From Armatimonadota bacterium (GTDB lineage Bacteria; Armatimonadota; UBA10988): 21,882 bases of DNA. Position numbers and translations under genes: made by a program. Shown piece after piece: positions 16,043 to 21,882 of this stretch (within the stretch, counting starts at the first letter, position 1; every line of letters begins with the position of its first letter). The DNA lies in contig JACRKZ010000092.1 of the NCBI GenBank assembly GCA_016235455.1, forward strand, positions 1 to 21,882. The letters run 5' to 3'. The notes under the pieces were generated by a model. It saw only the letters and a program-made list of their open reading frames with translations, was not told the origin of the DNA and searched no databases.

Positions 16043-17662
16043 ATGGCGGAGCGAGACCAGTGGGTGGCGGAGTTCCTGGCGCATATCGCGGCGCTCGACC
16101 TGCCACGTCACCACTACATCCGCCTGCCCGACCGCGACCTGCTGCTCACCGCCGACCTGCGCGGCATCCTGCGCGCCGAACTGGACACCTGGCTGGCGCG
16201 CCGACTGCTCGACCTGGACACCGCCGACGCGCTGGATCTGGCGCGTGCCGTGCGCGAGGCCGCACGCGCCGCGGTCGAGCCGCTGGCCGAGGCGGAGGAG
16301 GCCCGCATCGCCCGCTGGCAGGCGCCGCGCGCGGCCGTCGAGGAGTTCTGGTGTGTCACGCTCGACCGCGTGCCCGAGTCGTTGCACGCCGAGATCGCCG
16401 GCAACGCCGCGCAGCGCCAGGCCTGGGCCGCGCTGTATGGCGACGATCGGCTCAACCTGCACGCCATGGTCGATACGCGACTGTTCGGCGCTGAGTTCAC
16501 GCAGCGGCTGCTGACCACGCTCGGTGATGCGCCGCCCGACGGTACCGTCTATCACGGCGACAACCACGACGCGCTGGCGCACCTGGCCGGTGAGCTGGCC
16601 GGGCGCGTGCGCTGCATCTACCTCGACCCGCCCTACAACACGGGCAACGAGGCCTTCACCTACCGCGACAGCTACCAGCGCACGGTCTGGCGGACGATGA
16701 TGACCGAGCGCCTGACCGCCGCGCGCGAGATGCTGGCCACGGACGGCGCGGTGTTCGTGAGCATCGACAACAACGAGCAGGCCCGGCTGCGGCTGCTCAT
16801 GGACGAGGTGTTTGGCGAGCGCAACTTCGTCGAGACGTTCCTCTGGACCCGCACCAAGACGCCGCCCGCGCTGGCCGCCAAGTCGCGCAAGACCGTCGAG
16901 TTCGTGCACTGCTACGAGCGGCGCCTGTCGTCGACGCCGTACCGCGGCCGACCGCTGGACAACGGCGACGCGCCGCTGCTCAACACAGGCAACCGCGAGC
17001 GCGAGCTGACCTTCCCCGCCGGCAGCATCCTCACGTCGCTGCCCGACGGCGAGTATGCGCCCGGCCCGCGGGGCAAGGTGGAACTGCTGACCGCCGCGAC
17101 AGTGGCCGACGGCCGGATCGTCAATGCCATCACGGTGCGCGGCCCGTTCAAGTGGCAGCAGTCGTTCCTCGATGCCGAGCTGGCCGGCGGCACGACGCTG
17201 CTGGTGCGCACGGCGGCCTTCTCGATGCGTTTCCAACGGCCCGACCGCGGCCGCTGCAAGCCGCCCGGCAACCAGCTCGACGCCGACCTGCCCAGCGACG
17301 TGGGCACCAACGAATCAGCCTCGGCCGAGCTGCGCGCCATGGGCTTGAGCGGCTTCTCGTACCCCAAGCCGGTGTCGCTGGTGGCCGCGCTGGTGCGTAT
17401 GAACACTGGCGCGGGCGACATCGTGCTCGACTTTTTCGCCGGCTCGGGCACCACCGGCGCGGCGGTGCTCGCGCTCAACCGCGCCGACGGGCTGGGCCGG
17501 CGCTATGTGCTGGCCGAGCTGGGCGACCATGTCGACACCGTGCTGCTGCCGCGGCTGATCAAAGCCGTCTACGCCGCGGAGTGGCGCGACGGCCGGCCGC
17601 TGCCGGGCACGGGCGTCAGCCATGTGTTGCGCGTGGTGCGGCTGGCGCGGTTCGAGGAGTGA
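16043..17662 (+). CDS. Site-specific DNA amino-methyltransferase, beta class, type III R-M Mod-like; no res gene adjacent
   Basis: YHGDN, CIYLDPPYNTG (DPPY at 16625-16636), FVSIDNNE, LLMDEVFGERNF, a target-recognition region, FSYPKP and VLDFFAGSGTTG (from 17429). The catalytic motif precedes the SAM-binding motif. Start uncertain. Confidence 0.9.
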   Translation: MAERDQWVAEFLAHIAALDLPRHHYIRLPDRDLLLTADLRGILRAELDTWLARRLLDLDTADALDLARAVREAARAAVEPLAEAEEARIARWQAPRAAVEEFWCVTLDRVPESLHAEIAGNAAQRQAWAALYGDDRLNLHAMVDTRLFGAEFTQRLLTTLGDAPPDGTVYHGDNHDALAHLAGELAGRVRCIYLDPPYNTGNEAFTYRDSYQRTVWRTMMTERLTAAREMLATDGAVFVSIDNNEQARLRLLMDEVFGERNFVETFLWTRTKTPPALAAKSRKTVEFVHCYERRLSSTPYRGRPLDNGDAPLLNTGNRERELTFPAGSILTSLPDGEYAPGPRGKVELLTAATVADGRIVNAITVRGPFKWQQSFLDAELAGGTTLLVRTAAFSMRFQRPDRGRCKPPGNQLDADLPSDVGTNESASAELRAMGLSGFSYPKPVSLVAALVRMNTGAGDIVLDFFAGSGTTGAAVLALNRADGLGRRYVLAELGDHVDTVLLPRLIKAVYAAEWRDGRPLPGTGVSHVLRVVRLARFEE

Positions 17663-17707
17663 TTGGCGTCAGCGCGCGACGGGTAGACTCTGGGGCAGGG
17701 GACAGCC

Positions 17708-18604
17708 ATGGACTACCGGCAGGTGCGTGACCTCCACGTGCGCCAGCGACCCCGTCTGGACCGCGTGGGCTGCGTCGCGGGGCTGCTGTTCCCGCTGGCG
17801 TGCCTGGCTCATGTGTGGTGGGTCACGCCGCCGACGCCGCGCGTGCCCGTGATGTGGGGCGAGAACGGCGCGGTGTGCGTGACGCGGCCCGCCCAGGACG
17901 ACATTCAGCGCTTCCGCGTAGGCCCCCGCGAACCACATCGCTGGCGGCGGTTCGGCGTCGCGCTGGTCGGCTATGACTGGGGCGAGCGCCAAGCGGTCAT
18001 CGTCAGTGCCGACGGCAGGCGGCGCACGGTGCGCACGGGCGATCTCCGCAGCGTCGACAGCGCTTACCCCTTCGCGGATGGCGCCATCGTCAACAGCAAC
18101 GATGACCAGACCTACTTCGCGCGCGACGGCGCCGCCCGCCGCATCGCGGATGTACGTTGCGTGCAGCCCGAGCCGGGCGGCCAACGCTGGGCCGCCGAGC
18201 GACCCAACGAAACCATCGAGGTCTGCTCTGGCCCGCTCGATGCGCCGACCGCGCGCCGGCCAGTGTATCGCGTGGTCGGCGCGCGGAGTTGGCTCTACGA
18301 CTGGCGCCACAATGAGCTGGTCTGGTCCGACTACCAGGGACTCTGGTCCGCCCGCCAACCCAACCAGCCGCCGAAGTTGCGCGCCAGGCTCAGCCAGGCT
18401 CCGTTGGAGCTGGGTACCGACCCGCACACGGGCGACCTGCTAGTGACGTTGGACGCCATCGTCCGCGGCTGGATGGTCTCGGTGCCCCACGGCCAGATCC
18501 AGCCGCGCTGGCGTCAGCGCTGCTACCGGACGGCGACGCCGTTGGGGGAATGGCGGCCGGAGGATGAGCGGATGTTAGGGGCGCTCACGCTCCAGGGGCC
18601 ATAG
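17708..18604 (+). CDS. Hypothetical protein with one N-terminal hydrophobic segment and a beta-rich remainder
   Basis: ATG follows GGGGA. Hydrophobic stretch VGCVAGLLFPLACLAHVWWV. The ORF fills the gap between co-oriented genes. No family recognised. Confidence 0.6.
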   Translation: MDYRQVRDLHVRQRPRLDRVGCVAGLLFPLACLAHVWWVTPPTPRVPVMWGENGAVCVTRPAQDDIQRFRVGPREPHRWRRFGVALVGYDWGERQAVIVSADGRRRTVRTGDLRSVDSAYPFADGAIVNSNDDQTYFARDGAARRIADVRCVQPEPGGQRWAAERPNETIEVCSGPLDAPTARRPVYRVVGARSWLYDWRHNELVWSDYQGLWSARQPNQPPKLRARLSQAPLELGTDPHTGDLLVTLDAIVRGWMVSVPHGQIQPRWRQRCYRTATPLGEWRPEDERMLGALTLQGP

Positions 18605-18648
18605 GCGCGGCTCGCGATCGCCGGTGACCACACGCTGAGCAAATCTGC

Positions 18649-18677
18649 TTGACAATGCCTCTGCGTCTCAGTAGAGT
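18649..18677 (+). promoter_or_regulatory. sigma70-type promoter for the SIR2-TPR/SLATT pair
   Basis: TTGACA (18649-18654), 17-nt spacer, TAGAGT (18672-18677), ending about 20 nt before the GTG start. Confidence 0.75.
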
Positions 18678-18697
18678 CCCGCGCACAGCGGGGGGAC

Positions 18698-20740
18698 GTG
18701 GTGCCAGAGCAGGGGATCAACCGACTGACGGATGAGCAGTTCGCGGGCCGGCTGCGCCGGGAGGTGAAGCGGGTGCCCACGCGCGACGCCGCCTGCGTGC
18801 TGATCCTGGGCGCCGGCTTCTCCTATGGCTTGGTGCCCACGGTGCGGGCCATGGTGCGCGACATCGTCTGGTGGGAGCGCTGCCAGGACGATCCGTCGTT
18901 GAACTACGAGCGCGAACCCGCCGGGCCAGCCAACTGGTACCGCGAGCGGCTGGCCGAAGTGCGCGGCGAGCACGAGGCGGCGAAGTTCGACCCCGGCAGC
19001 GGCCAGTTCGACCCGACGCTGGTCTACCTGACGCTGATGGACCCGGCTGGGCAGGTGCTGTTCAGCGCCGACCTGCGCGCGCGCTACCTGCACGCGGTCA
19101 TCGCCAAGGCGGGCAACCGGCTCAACGACGCCCACATGTTCCTCGCCGGCCTGCTGGCCGAACAGGCGGCCTGGCCGGGCGAGCGGCTGCCGTTCTGCCG
19201 CACCATCCTGACCACCAACTTCGACTGGTTCCTCCAGTACGCGCTGCAACTCACGCAGACGCTCTACTTCATGTCCGACCAACCTGGCGCCATCGACCCG
19301 CTCACGGCCGGCCTCGGCTCGGCCATCCATCTGGTGCAGGCGCATGGCTCGGCGCACCACTACCGCCTGTGCAACAACGACAACGAGATCGAGCGCGCCA
19401 AAGCCGCGGCGGCCGGGATGGTGCCGTACCTGCAGGAGCACATGGTCGTGGTCATCGGCTACAGCGGTTGGAACGACGCGATCATGGCGGCGCTGGAGAG
19501 CGTGCCGCAGTTCCGGCATGGGCTGTACTGGTGTGACATCGTGGAGCCGGGCGACCTGGGCGAGCGGGCGCGAGCACTGCTGGCCCGGCACGCTGATGCG
19601 CACTACGTGAAGTGCCAGGGTGCTGATGCCCTGATGCGCCGTGTGTATGAGGCGGCGGCCGGCAAGTCGCGGGGTAGCGTGCCCGAGTTCATCCGGCAGC
19701 CCCTGAAGGGCCTGGGCGGCCGGTACGCGGCGTGCGCGGAGTCGACCCAGCCCTTCGGTGGTCTGCAAGCCTGGTTGGAGCGGTTGGTGCCCGAGTTGGT
19801 GGAGGCGCAGGCGCACATCGATCGGGCGCTCAAATCACCCGAGAACGCGCTCTTGAGCAAGAGCTACGTGCTGTTCGACTCAAATGACTGGGACGCCGCG
19901 ATCCACGCGCTGACGACGCTGGTCGACCAGCACGAGTTGTCGCCTGAGCTGGCGGCGCGCGCCCGGCTTGGTCGGGCAGTCAGCTACGGTGAGCGCAAGC
20001 GAGTCGGCGACTCGGCGCTGGCGGTGGCCGACTACTCCGCAGTCGTGGCCATGGCCGACGCGCCTGCAGAGCAGCGCGCCAAGGCGCTGTTCAACCGTGG
20101 GCTCAGCTACGGCCAGAGCGGCGACTGGGCGCTCGCGGCGGCGGACTACACGGCCGTGGCCGAGATGACGGACGCGCCGGTTGAGCTGAGGGCCAAGTCG
20201 CTGGTCAACCGCGGGTTCCGCCACGGCCAGCAGGGCGACTGGGCGCTTGCTGTGGCGGACTACACGACGGTGATCGAGATGGCCGACGCGCCGGTCGAGC
20301 AGAAGGCGAAGGCGCTGGTCAATCGCGGCTTCCGCTACGGCCAGCGCGGCGAGTCGGGCGACTGGCAGCGGTCGGTGGCAGACTACACTGCGGTGGCGGA
20401 GATGGCTGACGCGCCGGTCGAGCAGAAGGCCAAGGCGCTGTTCAATCGCGGATTCCGCTATGGCCAGCGCGGCCAGCCGGGCGACTCGGCGCGCGAGGTG
20501 GCCGACTGCACGGCCGTGGCGCAGATGGCCGACGCGCCGGCCAAGCAGAAGGGCAAGGCGCTGTTCAACCTCGCCTGCGTGTCCGCCCTTGCCGGTGATG
20601 TGGCTGGTTGCGTCGAGCACCTGGCTCGGTCGCATGAGGTCGTGCCGCTCACCAAGGCTGACGTCGACGGCGACCACGACTTCGACGTCATCCGCAGTGA
20701 CCCAGCCTTCATGGCATTCCGCGGCGGATTGGCCGAGTAG
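18698..20740 (+). CDS. SIR2-like (SIR2_2) NADase domain fused to a TPR repeat array
   Basis: SIR2 motifs LILGAGFS (GAGFS at 18809-18823), ILTTNFD (TTNFD at 19211-19225), VQAHGS (HG at 19343-19348) and VVIGYSGWND. These are followed by 38/41-aa TPRs and a terminal FNLAC...DHDFDVIRSDPAF capping repeat. Confidence 0.88.
   Translation: MVPEQGINRLTDEQFAGRLRREVKRVPTRDAACVLILGAGFSYGLVPTVRAMVRDIVWWERCQDDPSLNYEREPAGPANWYRERLAEVRGEHEAAKFDPGSGQFDPTLVYLTLMDPAGQVLFSADLRARYLHAVIAKAGNRLNDAHMFLAGLLAEQAAWPGERLPFCRTILTTNFDWFLQYALQLTQTLYFMSDQPGAIDPLTAGLGSAIHLVQAHGSAHHYRLCNNDNEIERAKAAAAGMVPYLQEHMVVVIGYSGWNDAIMAALESVPQFRHGLYWCDIVEPGDLGERARALLARHADAHYVKCQGADALMRRVYEAAAGKSRGSVPEFIRQPLKGLGGRYAACAESTQPFGGLQAWLERLVPELVEAQAHIDRALKSPENALLSKSYVLFDSNDWDAAIHALTTLVDQHELSPELAARARLGRAVSYGERKRVGDSALAVADYSAVVAMADAPAEQRAKALFNRGLSYGQSGDWALAAADYTAVAEMTDAPVELRAKSLVNRGFRHGQQGDWALAVADYTTVIEMADAPVEQKAKALVNRGFRYGQRGESGDWQRSVADYTAVAEMADAPVEQKAKALFNRGFRYGQRGQPGDSAREVADCTAVAQMADAPAKQKGKALFNLACVSALAGDVAGCVEHLARSHEVVPLTKADVDGDHDFDVIRSDPAFMAFRGGLAE
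20075..20548 (+). repeat. Intragenic tandem TPR-coding repeats (114, 114, 123, 123 bp)
   Basis: Units start at 20075, 20189, 20303 and 20426. Consensus (R/K)AKAL(F/V)NRGFRYGQ..GDW....ADYTAVAEMADAPVEQ, with similarity visible at DNA level (GACGCGCCGGTCGAGCAGAAGGC recurs). Confidence 0.92.
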
Positions 20741-20789
20741 CCGGTGCGCCAATCGGCCGCCGTGCGGCCATAGGAGAAGCGAGGGGAAG

Positions 20790-21521
20790 ATGGCAATGAA
20801 CGCACTGGACACAGACACCAATCAGGATGCCAACGCGCAACCTGACGGCCTGCGCACGCACCGGACCGCCGACGCCGACCTTTCATCGTTGGAGTTCGGC
20901 GAACTGGACTGGAGCGACCCCGATCGTTGGCTGGAGATGCTGCGCGCTGTGCACGACGAGGTGTGCGCCAACGCTAACGAGACCGTGGCGTGGTACAGCC
21001 GGGCCAAGGCCAAGAAGAAGCCGAGGGCTGCTGGCGCACGCGGGCTCGCGCTGGCCACGGCGCTGATCACCGCTGGGCTCGCGGTCGCAGCGCAATTCGG
21101 GTTCAAACAGCCTGGGTGGACCGCGCTCTTCCTGTTCCTGGCGACCGCCTTCATCCTCACCGACAGCGTCGCTGGTTGGACGCAAGGCTACCTGCGCTCA
21201 ACAAAGACGCGGGAGAGGATCCAAGGGCTGTTGGCCGCCTTCCAGGGCGACTGGGAGCTGTCGATTTTGGCGGCCGTCGCCGCGCCTGACAGCGGCGGGC
21301 AACCAACCCTTGAGCAAGTCCAGGCGCTGCTGAAGCTGGCCTGCGACTTCCGCAAAGCGATGCAGACGGCCATCAGCGAAGAGACCCAGGAGTGGGCCAA
21401 CGACTTCAAGGCCGGCCTGGACCAAGTGGACGCCTTGCTGGGTAAGCAACGGAACCAAGCGGCCGGCTCGCCCGCCGCTGGTGCCGCGCCGGCACCTCCG
21501 GCAGGCGGCCGCAAGCCCTGA
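20790..21521 (+). CDS. SLATT domain (SMODS/SLOG-associating 2TM effector) protein
   Basis: ETVAWYSRAKAKKK, then two hydrophobic helices (GLALATALITAGLAVAA; WTALFLFLATAFILTD), then GWTQGYLR and a helical tail with EETQEWANDF. This matches the SLATT pattern as I recall it. ATG at 20790 follows GAGGGGA. Confidence 0.8.
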   Translation: MAMNALDTDTNQDANAQPDGLRTHRTADADLSSLEFGELDWSDPDRWLEMLRAVHDEVCANANETVAWYSRAKAKKKPRAAGARGLALATALITAGLAVAAQFGFKQPGWTALFLFLATAFILTDSVAGWTQGYLRSTKTRERIQGLLAAFQGDWELSILAAVAAPDSGGQPTLEQVQALLKLACDFRKAMQTAISEETQEWANDFKAGLDQVDALLGKQRNQAAGSPAAGAAPAPPAGGRKP

Positions 21522-21527
21522 CGCCCC

Positions 21528-21882
21528 CTACGGCCCCAACGGCACCTGCACGTTGTACGAATGCTCGCGGCGGCTGCTCTCGTCCACCGCGCAGTACAGC
21601 GTCGTCGGCACACCGCCTTCAAACAGCAACTGCGGCCGCTCCAGCGAATGGAGCGGCTGCACGCTTCCGTCGGGCCGCTTGACCCCGATTGTGCTGACCA
21701 GCGGGTGCTCGGCCAGCTTCCAGTCGATGCCGTCGCGCGATTCGAACAGCGCCAGCGACTTGCCCGCGTGGGTGAAGTGGCCTTCGTTGTCCTTCACCAC
21801 CGCCCAGTAGCGGTCGGGGCCGAACCAGATGAAGGGGTCTTCTGCGGGGAACATGACGCCCGCGGCGGTGAACACGGGGCGC
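21528..21882 (-). CDS. C-terminal part of a five-bladed beta-propeller glycoside hydrolase-like protein (GH43/GH117-like); 5' end outside the window
   Basis: Motifs AEDPFIW, YWAVVKD, LFESRDGIDW and LERPQLLFEGGVPTTLYCA. The frame is open to the window edge. Confidence 0.75.
   Translation of the reverse strand, partial: RPVFTAAGVMFPAEDPFIWFGPDRYWAVVKDNEGHFTHAGKSLALFESRDGIDWKLAEHPLVSTIGVKRPDGSVQPLHSLERPQLLFEGGVPTTLYCAVDESSRREHSYNVQVPLGP

Noticed and set aside
15647-17236. N-terminal 530 aa of the 1816-aa ORF, suggesting a giant fusion
   Set aside because: It runs antisense through the methyltransferase and across repeat DNA. An RBS and signal peptide mark the real start at 15646.
17663-17689. 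Promoter TTGGCG...TAGACT for the 17708 gene
   Set aside because: The -10 box is plausible, but the spacer is only 15 nt and the -35 box is weak, so it is not called.
20075-20548. CRISPR array or DGR template/variable repeat pair
   Set aside because: The units are in-frame TPR codons without unique spacers, the differences are not adenine-specific, and no cas or reverse transcriptase gene is present.

Overview
High-GC bacterial window with no rRNA, CRISPR array or transposase. From left to right it holds a 3'-truncated di-heme cytochrome c peroxidase-like gene, a PRC-barrel gene, and a Ro60/Rsr (TROVE-VWA) gene preceded by two candidate Y RNAs. These are followed by VOC/glyoxalase, clostripain (C11) and deoxyhypusine-synthase-like genes, large secreted glycoside hydrolase-like genes, and a co-oriented block of an orphan type III Mod-like methyltransferase, a hypothetical gene, SIR2-TPR and SLATT. 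A partial beta-propeller glycoside hydrolase closes the window. The main candidate system is the Ro60 locus. One Y RNA is a tRNA mimic in canonical tRNA order, with the Ro-binding helix capped by a GNRA loop in place of the anticodon arm. The other is a conventional Y-type stem-loop. Both carry the same GGGCUGA/ACUUGCCC motif with a bulged U instead of the usual bulged C, and the Ro60 has Arg where the Y-RNA-binding His is normally found. A second candidate is a SIR2-TPR + SLATT defence operon with its own near-consensus promoter. The intergenic spaces hold at least five REP/REPIN-like repeat families, some nested and one with an apparent target-site duplication. All calls come from reading the sequence by eye; no searches were run.
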